Shown here: positions 24,091 to 37,750 of the stretch, piece after piece
Layout: every line of letters starts with the position of its first letter
Position numbering within the stretch: the stretch's first letter is position 1
NCBI GenBank assembly: GCA_965235115.1
Contig: OZ249437.1
Location: 48,608,001 to 48,672,000, forward strand
DNA length: 64,000 bases
Source of the DNA: Laetmonice hystrix
Taxonomy: Eukaryota
Direction: 5' to 3'
The notes under the pieces: generated by a model
Told to the model about the DNA's origin: nothing
Seen by the model: the letters and a program-made list of their open reading frames with translations, nothing else
The model's database searches: none
Made by a program: the position numbers and the translations under genes

Positions 24091-24792
24091 ACCCCTGATG
24101 CCCGTGCATTTCAAAAGAAAAATACAGTCTACGCCAGTGCCAGGATTACCTTAACAGTCAATGTTCGGTAGAAATCATGTGTAGCTCTAACTAGGAAAAT
24201 ATGGATTCCGTCTCATTTCAAAAAGATGTGTGTAGGGGGGAGGGTCCATTGTCCTGCTCGACCACCAAAGCTCCTTTACTAGGGGAGTGGCGGTGGCCTA
24301 GTGGGCATGGATGTCGACACCTTATGCTATGCGAATGGGTGCAGTAATCTTAGGGCCTGGGTTCGATTCCTGTAGAGGACTATACAACTTTTCTCTTTAG
24401 GGACATTGTCAAAGTAATTGGGTTACCCCTGATGCCCGTGCATTTCAAAAGAAAAATACAGTCTACGCCAGTGCCAGGATTACCTTAACAGTCAATGTTC
24501 GGTAGAAATCATGTGTAGCTCTAACTAGGAAAATATGGATTCCGTCTCATTTCAAAAAGATGTGTGTAGGGGGGAGGGTCCATTGTCCTGCTCGACCACC
24601 AAAGCTCCTTTACTAGGGGAGTGGCGGTGGCCTAGTGGGCATGGATGTCGACACCTTATGCTATGCGAATGGGTGCAGTAATCTTAGGGCCTGGGTTCGA
24701 TTCCTGTAGAGGACTATACAACTTTTCTCTTTAGGGACATTGTCAAAGTAATTAGGTTACCCCTGATGCCCGTGCATTTCAAAAGAAAAATA
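24091..24792 (+). repeat. Tandem duplication with a 334-bp unit (two full copies plus a partial third); each full copy carries a tRNA-like A/B-box module
   Basis: Units start at 24091, 24425 and 24759 and are near-identical. In copy 1, TGGCCTAGTGG is at 24294 and GGGTTCGATTCC at 24359. Confidence 0.9.
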
Positions 24793-25116
24793 TAGTATAG
24801 ATTCATATGCCAGTTAGATAGTTAAAATTGTAGATTATGCTAAGGGATTTTTACACAAGTACAATTTTTGTGAAATATTGCATCAAATATAAGATAATCT
24901 CTGAAGATCTCCTTGGGATAACAAGTAGACTTTAGCCTACTTCAGGCATGTCGTCATTTCATAGGTCCAAAGTTTAGTCTCCTGATTTCCCTTATCAGAC
25001 TCGCAGACCTATGGAGTGTCAGTATTCACAACTTAATGTCATTTGTGTGGTGTCTTGATTAAATGATTTGGCCTTTCTTAGTGTCCTTTTTGTTGGAACA
25101 GAACTGAACCACCAAG

Positions 25117-28100
25117 ATGGCCAATACCTCACTACCACTAATGGCCAATGATGGAGTATGGTTTATGCTGTTCCTGGTGGCAGTAGCTGTGCTCTATCTG
25201 ATGGTAAGACTACTACATCTCGCCAACCCATCTGTACCACCAGTTCTCTTGTACAGGGATTCGCCTTTCAACCAAAAGATCGTCACAGCTTGCCCACTCT
25301 TCACAGAACCGTGAGTCAGCATTTCCTTTTCTTGTTTTGATAGTTACTCTTAACTCCAAGAGGTCTTGACCTATTTGTTTCTCAAATTTGCCAAATTGTA
25401 CTTGATACATGATGCATTGGTGTATCATCCCAGCCCTAATGCATAGTTGGTCAGGGGGTGGTAGGGTAGAAATAGCACTGAGAGATCAACTCGTAGACCT
25501 ATGATAAAAATAGCTTTTAAAAAGAATTGCTCTTTTAAAAAGAATTGCCATACATGGGAAGGTGCATAAATTTGGAGGGGAAATTTAAGAGCAAGATTCT
25601 TGTTATGATATCGTAGCACTCAGTGCCATTCCGTTTACCTCAGTCCGTTCCGGTTAGCACTAGTTTGTAAGGTTAGCGTTTTACCACAAGGATCGTGGCC
25701 TCGCGCCATCTTGGAGATTAAACTAGGTCAAGCCCGTCAGCCAGTGTGATAGTAATCCATAGTTTACCTCGAATAGCTCAAGACAAGTATTATAACAATT
25801 CTTAGAATAGGCATGACATAAACATTCCTTTAAGAACAGTAAAAAAAAGCCTAATAATGACAGTATTCTGCCAAAATATCATTATTGAGAACGCTGCAGA
25901 CTTTCTGAACTGCTTGTAACCTGAAGTTTGAATAATTGTGAGAGGTCAATCATCCCAAGTATGTAGTTTCAAGGCTATGTCTGAGCCAAGAACTTGAAGA
26001 AGCATTGAAATTGAAGGGAAACATTTGTTCAACTTCAAGTGTTTCTGTTGAATGTAACTGTTTGCTTTCTACTAAGTGTGAAGTGCATCTCCCATTGCTT
26101 GACAGATTTTCAATGAACCTAGGACTTAAGACAAGTAGAACAATGGCACTGATGAAAGGGAAAGGAATGATATGACCCCAGATAAAAAGGTCCTAGCTTG
26201 ACTTTCTAGTTGTAGGAACTTTAATCTCATGATAAGGGTTGTGATGTAGGTCCTGGTGCCTTGTACGAGATTGCTCTGCGTCACAATGTGTACCAGTGTA
26301 TAAAGTGCAAGTGTGTTTGTCATATGTGTTCTGGTATTAAAAATTAAAAAATTAATTCTTGTCAGGTGATTTACATGCAACTTTGCACCTTGACCATTCA
26401 AAGAAAATTTACATTTAGATCAAGTAAATCTTGACATTTTTCTATGCATTAGCCTTATATATTTCATGCTGCTAAAATCAGGTCCTTTTTTATCCTTAAG
26501 CTATGTACCTCCACTTTTATGGGGAAAGAGTGGTCATCTCCAAACCATGGTGTATGGAAAGTTGGGGCGTGTTAAGTCCCCATTTCCAAAAGGTCAACGC
26601 TGCAGTGTTGTTATGCCAGATGGAGCAACCATGACTTACGATGTCTTTGAACCCCTGCAACAACACACCCAGGGTAAGCCTCAAAATTGGAAATTTAAGG
26701 ACGTACAAAAATTTCTGAATATATTTTTAGGAAGCAATCCTTGAGCAGGACTTAAATACTGCATCACCCTTTATATAAACCAGTATAGATGACAAATGAT
26801 TGTACTTTAGAATGAGTTTCAGTAATGAGATACGTAGTATGACATTCCTTTTCAGGATTTACTCTGTACCAAAGGAGAATTTTATGTTTCAGGGGACTTT
26901 ACAATCGTGGTTTGCCCTGGAATAGCCAACAGTAGTGAAAGCCTCTATGTTTGCACCTTCGTACATTATGCCCAGACAAATGGATATCGTGTTGCTGTTC
27001 TCAATCACTTGGGAGCACTGAAAGATGTTCGCCTCACTGCTCCTCGAATTTATACCTATGGTAAGAAAAAATGGCTTTTATCAGTACCCTGGTTTTTTAA
27101 ACATTTTTTAGAGTTTTTTCTTCAGAGTGGATAGAGAAAAATATAACAGTGACAGTGAGAATGATGGCAACTTTAATTGTAGGTGGAACTGAAGAGTATG
27201 GCGCCATGGTCGACCAGATCCTGCAAAGTGACCCTGAGTCAAAGCTGGTAGCTGTAGGGTTCTCAATGGGAGGCAACGTTGTCATTAAGTACGTCGGAGA
27301 GAAACAAGAAAACGAGCAGAAATTTGTGGCAGCCATTTCATGCTGTCAGGGTTATGATGCAGAGGCGTGAGTAGTTGAAACATTGCCATGTCACATACTG
27401 GTACTAATATTTATCTTGGCTTATTGTTCATCAGCAAAGTCACTGTTTCTTACTGATGAAGATGGATAATGTAAGTTATTGGGGTATAGAATGTACACTA
27501 AGATAAAATTTTACTACACCAAAGATTTGGACTCAAGTATCATGATCAGTCTTGCATTACTTTTATTGATGTTGCTTTCCTTCATCAGAGCTCAGCTTGA
27601 TATCATGAAGTGGGACCGCTGTCAGCGTGTCTTTAACTGGGCAATGACTCAACATCAGAAGAAACTAATGAAGCATCACTACGATGAGCTTTTTGGCTCA
27701 GAGTGTGAGGAGAAGTATGGTTCCTTTGACGAAGAAAAGATCTTCAGTGCAACATCCCTTATCACATTAGATGAATACTACAGTCGGCGGAGGGCAGGTT
27801 TCTCCACCCTACAAGATTACTACTGTTGGGCAAGCTGCAAACACTGCATCCAGAATGTAAGTGTTGATACATCTATGTTTTATCTAGGGCCCAGTGAGAT
27901 ATATTTATTACAACTTATGAAAAGGTAATATTGCTAGTGTGACCTGCATGGCATCAGATCAGCCTATCAGCATCATTGCCATCAACATGGGCATCAATAA
28001 ACAGCGAACTGAATGAACTGAGATCGTCTAGTTATGCCTGGGGGGAATCCCCATAGAGACTGGCTATTGACACCAACACGGAAACAGCCGACCTAAATTA

Positions 28101-29871
28101 GTTTGACTAATTCCTACACGAAACAGTGTGTTTGGGTGAGGGTAAAGGTTAGGCCTAGGGTGGTTAGTGTTAGTTTAAAATAGGCAATAACTTCCGGCTG
28201 TGATGTCATACCTGAAGTCACTGGCTTGTAGCACGACTAATCGATCTCAGTTCGCTGTTTATTGATGCCCCATCACCATGCCTCATTTGATCAATATATT
28301 CCTTATTTCAGATAACCATCCCTGTCTTCCTGCTGAATGCCTTAGATGACCCAATCATTGCTGAACCCCTGCTCATGACAGCAAAGAACTTTGCTTGTAA
28401 GTAGTTTAGCTTCAAACTTCACATTCCTATTTCTCAATTATGATCAATAATTCGTTATGCAGATTTTTAATTATAAAAGGAGAATCTAGATCTCAGAAAG
28501 AGGTACTGAGATTGAAACATAGGAATACAATAGTTTAGGAAGTTTTTGTATTGTATCTATGGGTGTTAACTCGCCATCTGTAGACAGAATTCGCTCATGA
28601 GAGAAATTCTGTAGACAAAATTCTGTCATATATATATGGAAGGTGCTGAGAATGCTCAGAATGTACTAAATACCATCTGAAATCTCAGCTTATGGGGGCC
28701 TAGACCCTCTGCTCCTGGGTCCGGTTTTTAAAATAAGCCAAGGCTTACTGGTAAGACTGGGCTTACGGTAAGACTAGGCTTACGTTTCTGTTTTTAAAAC
28801 AAGTTCTAAGCCTGGCTTACGCCAAGCCTAGGCTTAGCCGTTGTCATGGGCGGAAAACTGACGTCACAATCGAGACAATGGTGAATCGAACTTCCGCCAT
28901 GACCAAAGGCCGTTGATTCCCGAATGTAAACAAACATGATCCTACATAATGTAGCCAAGGAATTACATTATTTATCCTGTAAGTTATGAGTTCTAACATA
29001 TATAGCCTTATACCGATATGGAAAATGACTGTTAAATGTCAAAAAGTACTTTAAAAGAGGCTTTGAAAATTCGAATCGACAGAGCGATCGAGCGGGTCAC
29101 AACCGCCACCTAGCGGATTTTTTATGCATACGCCCATCACTAGATTTCTGCGGATCCACGATGTGTGACCATGAAGGTTGTACACAAACGTCAATCTCGC
29201 CATGAAATGACAATGTATTTACCGTTACTTATCAGTTCTACAGTGTATAACATCCTTACAATGTGGAGTATTCTTAGTAAGAGTTGAAAGCTACTTTTAG
29301 GGCAAAAAGATGCCTTAAATCGGCACAGAGTCGGCACAGGCTTAGGGCTCGTAAGACAACTCCTTCCCTGGCTTACGCTTACAAGCCTGGCTTACGCTTA
29401 CAAGCCTCATTTGCATGTTTTAAAAACACAACATGTAAGACTGGGCTTAATCTTACCCTAGTTTACGAGTAAGCCAGGCTCAATCTTATTTTAAAAACCG
29501 GACCCAGTGCTTTGGCCTCGACCACCTCAAATATTTTCAGTCACCAAAAATCAGGTTGTTAGTATCCATGTGTATCATATGCAGTTAGTGAATTCACTGA
29601 AAAAAAAGGAAAATAAATTCCGATAATAGAGTGAGATGAAGGACTTAATAGTGGTCCATGATAAAATGGTTGTGATGTGTAACCAATTTTTTTTTATATT
29701 TCAGTGAGCCGGGAGAATGTGATTTTTGTACTGACAGAGCATGGTGGCCACCTTGGATTCTTTGAGGGCGGCATGACAGTTCCTGACACAATAACTTGGC
29801 TGGACAAGGTGGTAGTACAATACACCAATGCTGTTGTCATGGCAACAGGCCCACAAGCAGTACAGTGCTAA
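25117..29871 (+). CDS. ABHD2: Alpha/beta hydrolase ABHD2-like (monoacylglycerol lipase), 7 coding exons, 412 aa
   Basis: Exons 25117-25310, 26501-26673, 26893-27060, 27183-27366, 27589-27856, 28312-28396, 29705-29871 (1239 nt, phase-consistent). N-terminal membrane anchor, YVPPLLWGKSGHLQT, CPGIAN, nucleophile motif GFSMGG, acid motif LDDP and His motif HGGHLGFFEG. Confidence 0.93.
27989..28270. mobile_element. PIF/Harbinger or ISL2EU-like MITE
   Basis: 24-bp TIR GGGCATCAATAAACAGCGAACTGA and its inverse; flanks CAT / CAT. Confidence 0.8.
28715..29507. mobile_element. Harbinger-like non-autonomous element
   Basis: 23-bp TIR CTGGGTCCGGTTTTTAAAATAAG and its exact inverse; subterminal GGCTTACG repeats at both ends. 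Confidence 0.8.
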
Positions 29872-32800
29872 ACTTTCCATGTTATGGTTAAAACAATTCT
29901 TGTTTTGTTTTTCATTCTGTGATATTTATTGGACTTTAGAAGTGCTTACAGTTTTTGTTCTCAGTATCAGAGTGGTACAATGAGAAAGATGACCAAAGAA
30001 ATGTGGTAATTTAATGTATTTTAACAGTTACTGGTGTGGACTTTACTGCTAATAATGGAGGGAACAACCTAGGTGCCTTAACGTGACTAGGTGGAGCCAG
30101 CTGTTAGCACCTACAAATTGAGGTTATTTTAACTGTATGTGCTCACTTCAATACCCTTACCAAATTGTAGGTCACCTTTTCAGCTAAAGGCTCGAGACCA
30201 TGTCTCGTTTTAACACTCAATCCCATACTTTTGGCTTCTTATCAGTCTCTTCTGTAAGGTTCCAGTACTGCTGAGTGCTATCTGAACAGCTTGCAGTGCC
30301 TGAAAGACGTACAGGCTAATTTATGAGAAGAGCATGATCTTCTTCTCTCATGCTCTTAAACATGTGCTGACATTTTGTGATATCAAGTGTAATTTCAACA
30401 GCAAATAACAGATGATCGGACCCTTTTCAAGGTTTCTTACAATGGATATCATGTTGGGGTTCCACTAAAAAGAATGCTTTGTTAGATGAGTTTATTTAAA
30501 AAGACTTAATTAAAAAGTAATAAACTATTATTGGCTAAATGTTACACAAAAGGATCTATTGCGGACCACACCTCGTGTGCTGTTAATTTGTTGGATTTTA
30601 ATGTATACATGTATTAAATGTAAAAGGTATCGTCTTTGGCCCTGAAAGTCCCAGTGGCTTTTTATGGAGTACTGCTACTAGTGCTAGTGGTAACAGACAA
30701 CAGCCGGTCAATGGTAGCCCCTTCTGCTGCTCTTTCGGGTCACTGTTTCTGTATTCATCAGTTGAAGCAGTTTGAATAACTAAGTCACTGGTTGTCCAAT
30801 GCAGGTTCTAGGCCTAGGACAGACAGACAGACAGACAAAATTCTGCCATACTTGAGCTTAACACTGAAAGATTTCTGTGCGAAGACAAAAATGACCCTTT
30901 GCTACCAGATAAATATTATATATCTCTTGCTCCCTTCACCAGGATTCTTTTCTTAGTCATATAGCAGGTTTTTTCATTCTCTTTTCTTATTCATAGGTTT
31001 TTTCATTCTCTTTTCTTATTCGCAGTAGTTTTTCTTCAATCTCTGTTTTGTTGGTGCAGGTCACGAGCAAGTTTTCATCATCAGTTTTAGATTGCAAAAT
31101 GCTTTAGCAGTACATTGGTTCATCATACTACTCCAAATTGATCGTTCAGTTTTAAGATGATTGTACTCCATGTAAACAAATGTATTCCTAAAAATGTATT
31201 CCTAAAATGTAGGATTTATACAAAGAGTAAGGTTTGCGGTGAAATACACTGCATTTTATCATCATCTACACGTGTTACTGTAAACGAGAGAATCATGGAT
31301 AACACACAATTGACGTGTCATCCTAAGTGCACTTCTTCCACAGGTTGCCTTGTACTGCATTGAACACTATGGGACATTTACCAGCCCCAAAAGTTGTAAC
31401 CAAATATCTCTCCAGTGGGGCCTTGAGGAAACAAAGAATGTTTCAATTTAAATGCTGAAAATGCCTGACCAATATCTGTTTTTCAGGGGGGGGTTATAAC
31501 TGTGCTTATGAATGCTGGCACTCAGTTCTATAGAACTTTAAAAAGGGTGTCATCATGTTTACAAATTAGTAAGTCTGTGGTGAAAGAATAGATTTTTATT
31601 CAGTGTGATCTTATTAATTTTGGTCCCTGTGATAATGGTCACATAGAAACTTACTCCCTAGGGTATATATTTTTGCTATGATGGCATGCAATGTATGTGT
31701 ACCAATTTTTTCTCAAATTTAATGGTAAAATTCCATCCATATCATCTGCTGATAGACACCTACAAAAATGTGTTTATACAAGGAAAAGCTAGACTACACA
31801 ATTTTTTGGTCACGCGAATTTTGGTGATCTGCATATTTCTCACCATGAAGGAAATTATGAGAGTAAGCACAAGCCACAGTGACATTTTCTTTGTTTTTCC
31901 TGCACACTCTTAGTGTGCATCTGGTAAGTGCACTCTAAGTTAACCAATGGTAGTCATGGTGTTGGTGTAAGAAAGAAGTAAGCAAAATCTTGTATCACTT
32001 GAAAATATTTGTTGCTGAACACTGACAGTTTGTCAAGATCAGCGTATTGTATTTTGGAGGCATGTAGGCCTACATGTATAATTTCACCATGGGAAGATTC
32101 CAGATAGTAGCCTACAGATATCAATGTATCGCTGTATATCTACAGAGTATTCTATGGATAAAGAAGAAAATTTCTCTGATGCGAAGCTTTAAATATGCCC
32201 CTATGTTATTTAATTCATGGGGATGCATTGCGTTTTTCATGCAAACAAGTGATGTATACCGGTATCCAAAGGCATAGCATTTATATGTCATGGCTCACGT
32301 AACCTGGTGATTAGCATGGACCAATGCAGACAAAGCTACGGTAAACTACTGATGACCATTTGCAGGAACTACCTTTATACCTAACCATCTCGGTATGCAA
32401 TGTATAATCATAGAGTGCATATAATCTTGTAAACCCAGAAAATTGTAGCAACAGTATGCTTACGTACCGTAAATCACAGCAGTTGTAGCGTCACCACAGC
32501 AGTAGTAGCACCAGCGCTGATCTTCTTAGTCGAGTGAACGGAAGGAGTACCGGTAGATTCTGTATACCCCGGTACTCAGCTGTGTGATAGCATAAATAGA
32601 CTTGATGTAAAACACTTCAATAGTAGCATGTTTTGATTTGGTAATATTACTGCTAACCATTGTGCCTAACTATTATCATGTTTGTGGTATTGCCACTGTT
32701 CAGTCCTTAGCCAGTGGCATTTTGCAGTAGTCCTACTCTAGGCCCTGCCGTGTACCAACTTACTGTAGCCGGTCGCAGGTGTGTAAAGTTACCGGTGTTG

Positions 32801-33629
32801 GTGTGCTGAAACTTAGTTAGTAAAAGGAGCCAAAGTTGAAACTGAAAGTCCATTCTGAGGACAGTGTTGAGCTGCTGATCAAGGTATTAATGTCATCTGT
32901 AAACCCATAAAAATACCACAAAAGTAAAAAGTTTTTCTCTGTTTTGAGGCTTTAGGCTTAGCAGTTTAGGGTTTCGAACCTATGCCTGCTAATGCCATGG
33001 TCAGGATAATGTACTGAAATGTGATTTATTTATTTAGTTATAAGTTGAAATAAAAGTGTTAATCATATCAGATGTCAAATAATTATACTTCTTTATTTAC
33101 TTAATAATTTAATTACAAAATTCAAAAGTTTGTATGGAAATACCCAAAAGTATAAATCGAAGCAGCACTAAATATAGCCTTGGCCAAGATCAAGGCAATT
33201 TACCATGCTACTAATTCTTTGATGATAGAGTGGTCGGGAGTTAGGGGTGTAATATTCTACTCTAGGTAGTAAATACTCCGTCTAGGTAGTAAAGTGTGAT
33301 TTGAGGGATGTAATGCCAACAAACTAATAAGTTATACCATATAGATTAATCCTTTGCTTAAGTTGAGTACGGTAGTCTACAAACTTAATCATAATAGTTA
33401 TAACTTAAAAATTTACTCACCGTCTCGTAGACATAGTCATAGATAGCTTTTTCAGGATTTTCGAAAGGGGCAGAGCGTAGGGTCTGAGGGTGAACTAGCA
33501 GCATGGGTCCGGGGTCTTTTTCTTCTTTTTCTTTTTTACCTATTTTTTTCAATGAAAAGATGGGGGCGCGCCCCCGCCCCGGGTCGACCCTCTCTTTATA
33601 ATTGTCTCATAAATAAGAAGGCATACTTT

Positions 33630-33850
33630 ATCATTTTGCGCGCCCTCTAGTGAAACAGAGAAGAGTGAAACAACATCTAGCAAAGAAACGCGAGGTGGCG
33701 CCAGCGGCAGCGGGATTAAGAAACCTCACATTGTGATTGGCTGATTGCGCCGCAAACTCCAAGCAGGGGTGTTTTCCGGTCACTGTGTTCTCTAGCACGG
33801 TGACGGTAACCTTGATCGGAGCACGGTCCAGACAATTCCATCATGGCGTC
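33630..33850 (+). promoter_or_regulatory. COX7C promoter
   Basis: CpG-rich. CTCF-like motifs at 33640-33652 and 33689-33702, inverted CCAAT (~33735), ETS-like TTCCGG (~33774) and YY1-like CATGGCG overlapping the ATG. Confidence 0.55.
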
Positions 33851-34533
33851 GGTGGGAAGATCGCTTGTACAGTTGACTCGCAAATTTTCGACGACTGCGG
33901 CCCGAAGTAGTCAGGGTTGGCAGCAACATGGCATCCCAGGCTCGGTAAGAATCAAACTATTTAATATTAGTAAAAAAAACATGGTTAGGTCTAAAGCCAC
34001 AGCAGTCGAAGGCAAGGTCAGGGCAAGGACGAGGAAGATTCATCATACTCGTCATAGGCTAACTTACTAAGACAAAACTAGATTTACTTCACTGTCTTTA
34101 GACTAGTCCTTGCCCACTGGCACTGCCACTGGCCACAGCACACTCACTCAACCATTCGTCACGGCTACCCACGTACCAGTTCGGTTCCACTAGTAGTACC
34201 AGTGCCACAGCCAAAATAGAGGCCAACACACTGCGCGATTATTTGTATCCGTAGATCTTGAGAACGATGCAGTCCGTTGAGGGAAAAAAATAATTTATTT
34301 TTTTTTCTTGGGGGGGGGGGGGGGGGCGATAGAGTAGACATGACCATCACCATGACATGTGCAGCAATGTTGTTTCAGTCTTAAAGAAATGATCCAAGAT
34401 GCTTTGCTGTTTTCAGAACTTGCCATTTGACATCAGCAACCGATACAAGTTGACGGCTCTGTTCATATTGTTCTTTGGCTCTGGTCTGGGTGCCCCCTTC
34501 CTTCTTGTCAGACACCAGCTTCTGAAGGAATAA
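33843..34533 (+). CDS. COX7C: Cytochrome c oxidase subunit 7C, mitochondrial (72 aa, 2 coding exons plus a non-coding third exon)
   Basis: Exon 33843-33944 (MASVGRSLVQLTRKFSTTAARSSQGWQQHGIPGS, presequence-like) and exon 34417-34533 (NLPFDISNRYKLTALFILFFGSGLGAPFLLVRHQLLKE*), matching the COX7C signature NLPF...FGS.F..PF..VRHQLLK. A UTR exon starts at 34792, with AATAAA at 34964. Confidence 0.93.
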
Positions 34534-35506
34534 GAATTGGGTAAGGTGAATGACAGAGATGAGGCACTTCACAGTTTCAGAATGGAAAAAAGTTTAAATG
34601 AGCATTATAAACCTGTGTACAAAATGTCTACAAGTAGTGGAAAAGCATCCAGCATCACCCGTACCACACTCATTCTTAAAGATTGAGATGTAAGAAAAAA
34701 ATATCCCAAAACCGGATAATAATGCTTGCCAGAATGGAACATTGTCTAGATTTACAAATTTATCTTAGTTTGCTCTGCTTTCTTTTTTCAGTCAATGGTA
34801 TCATCGTCAGTTATTATGGGAATCGGCTTGGAACAGCAGTTGGACCTCGTTAGCAAGATGGCATTCAGAGGGAACCAGCTATTAAAAACTGACACTGAAA
34901 GACCAGAAAACAAGATGTGTGAAATACAGTTGATGTATAAAATGCCAGGGATCTTCAAGTAAAAATAAATGTATTAAGTTAACTCTTTCTGTATCATGTG
35001 TTAAATACCTTAGGGCTCTCGAAGTCTCGGGTCAAATACGCACGAAGTGTGTAGTCTGACGCACAATAAAAACCAACAGGAGTCAGTGCGACGCACAAAG
35101 ATTCCCCCAATTATGACCCCCAGACTAGAGAATGGTACGCTGGGTTACAACCCTCCACTGCAAAAGGCATGCATAATGACAAATAAAAACGCTCTCGTCG
35201 AGTGCCCAATTTCATTATCTACATATATGAGCACACTCAACAACACGTTGACTACGAGTTTAGATTAGACAAAAATACTGGCATGCATTTGACTCTTCAA
35301 AGTTGTGAACTGACCATGCTTGACCCCTGACCTTTGAGGGTTGACCCCCAAAAAATAGAAGTCTCTGACCCTTCTACTGAAAACTCCAGTGAGAGCCCTG
35401 ATACTTGCAAAGTGCATAAAGTTCTCATTGTATTCTGAATTCAAGTAACCCTATGCATTTTACAAACTTGGGATACAGTACAATGTACATGTATTTGGAA
35501 AAAGGG

Positions 35507-35798
35507 CAGGGTTCTAGCTAGGCCTTTTTGGTGTATCGGCGCGATATGCTGAGTTTTGGCCCCGATGTGTTTCAGGCCTGATAAGCTATAAAGGTGAGGA
35601 TTCCTGTTTTCCACCACCCTAACCTTAGAATGGAAGTGGGTTTTTCACTCAGATTGCACCAAATTACATCCATTTTTCCAAAAGAATGCTGGGGGAGGCC
35701 CCATCCCCCCCCCCCCCACCACTCCTGCATCTTCTCCCTCCCGGCACTATGACCTGTGTCATATTTCAGGCTGACATGTTTTTCTAGCTAGAACCCTA
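35507..35798. mobile_element. hAT-like MITE, probable 5-bp TSD
   Basis: TIR CAGGGTTCTAGCTAG / CTAGCTAGAACCCT(A); flanks AAGGG / AAGGG. Confidence 0.75.
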
Positions 35799-36699
35799 AA
35801 GGGGCTTAGGTCCCCAACATTAAATGCAAACTTAATGTGTAACGGTGTTAAAAATGGGGTCCCCCATGTATGAGAATCCAAAACTGCCCAGGGTCCATGA
35901 TTGATTTATAAATATTAATACCCAATACATTTGTATAGTCAACCTCAACGCCCCCCCCCCCCCCCCCCATATCACTTTTCTGCGAAATGAACGCTTGAGC
36001 ATATTGCATCGCATGTCGAATATTTATCGAATTCATGATACACAGAGCCATAGATATATTCAGTGAAAATATTCTACGAGCGCCAGCGACCCTAGCGAGA
36101 CGACCGGGAACCAGCCTATCTTGGCCTCTGTCGTGCCCATGGGTTAACATTCATGGGATAGGATTATATATATCTATAAGAAAGGAAGGAAGGCAAGATA
36201 AGCAAATAAATGTTTTTATCCTCAGAAGGATACGTAATTATAAATGACGGAATAAAATAAAAAGCAAAATAATTTATTCTTTCTCTGAACATTTCATTTT
36301 ATTCTAGCAGTAGTACAGCATAATTGTAGTTGTTCCATACATAATATGTGCCATAAATTAGAGAATACAAAAGTTGTGTGTATATATAATATATATAGAT
36401 TTACACAGCCACAACTTACGTCACAGTGCACCAGTTTTGAACATACACCCTAAATGTCTATGGGGTTGTACTAGAGGTATAAACAAGAATCGACGTTTGG
36501 GCAGCCGCATGTGTCGCTTGAAGTCAGCCCTGGGTCACCATTTACGTAAGCCCATTGCAGTTGCGGGAGACAAAGTGTGCCAGGGAATGGCTCACAGAAA
36601 ATACCCATCCAGGGACGCACACACCAACAGGCAATCTTAGGGTAGCAGTTCCATATCATTTCTTGCTCAATACATGTAAAAGTGTATGTCCATCTCTTT

Positions 36700-37750
36700 T
36701 CTACATTATTTGTATGCCTACCGTGAACGTAAATCCCCTTCAGTACCTACCATTGCATGTATACACGTCCCCAACCCTGACGTTACACTACATTGCTGTC
36801 ATAATTTTGCTGACGTGAAAATACCGGTGTGGATATTCTCATGATCCTACTGTCCACATCAAGGTTCATATCGCTAGTGGTTGACAGTACACTCCTGGCT
36901 CTCCGTTCTCTGCTGCAAACCCTCACCAGGCTATATAACACCAAACATATATTGCATATTTAGTATCACAGTACTGTTCATGAGTGGAACTACGCCGACC
37001 GTCGATCCGCTGGGCCAAGCGCCTAGATCGTCTCCCCACAGTTTCTATCACTCTACAGCCTGCCAAGTTTCTGCTACAGGCTGACATCTACCGCCGCTAA
37101 ACGTGCAATATCTAACCAGCAGATCTATCCGCATCATTCCCAGCCTGTATTGCACTTCTTTCTGGCTGGCATGTTCGTTTCTAACGATTTAAAATGGTAA
37201 CAGAAGGGGAATGACAAATCACACTAAGAATAACTAGTAAATGCATATAAAACATCGATGTTGATCCGAAAGAATATCGTGGAGAGTAAAGTCCAACACG
37301 ACCATGATGTCACATTCGTGATCAAGATTCCACAACTTCTGCCTCGATCTCTACAGGTTTTACTGGCCACGCCCGTTATAATGTAGTGATTGGATGCAAC
37401 ACTTGGGACACCTAACGGCCACCGCATAAGTTCTGGCACAATCGAAGTGCGTGTCCTGCTTCACCGTCGCTCATCTTAAATGGAAGTGTACGAAACGCGA
37501 GCCAATGTGGCCCAGTATATCTTGGTGCTATGTAATACTACAACACTGATTCTCCACAGATGTATCCTGAAGAGATACCTCATGTTTGGGCAAACATCTA
37601 CAGCTCATGCACAATTCATTAATCAAGGGAAAAGAACTGGCTTGTCATCTGCAACTCGACTTTTAATTCACAATTTTTTACGCGTAATAAAAAATCGTCA
37701 GCCGTGGGTCTCACAAAACGATTATCCGCGATTCTGTCACACATAGCCTA
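36700..37750 (+). pseudogene. Possible heavily decayed LINE (CR1/L2-like) reverse-transcriptase remnant
   Basis: Stop-riddled translation contains GMFVSNDLKW followed by AYKTSMLIRKNI, loosely like the RT C-terminal GV.ISNDLKW..ANKTLGLIRRN. Weak, by-eye similarity only. Confidence 0.25.

Noticed and set aside
24281-24380. Possible intron-containing tRNA gene
   Set aside because: A and B boxes are present, but the acceptor and T stems do not base-pair.
33945-34791. Intronic snoRNA in COX7C
   Set aside because: No convincing C/D box pair with terminal stem, and no H/ACA pattern.
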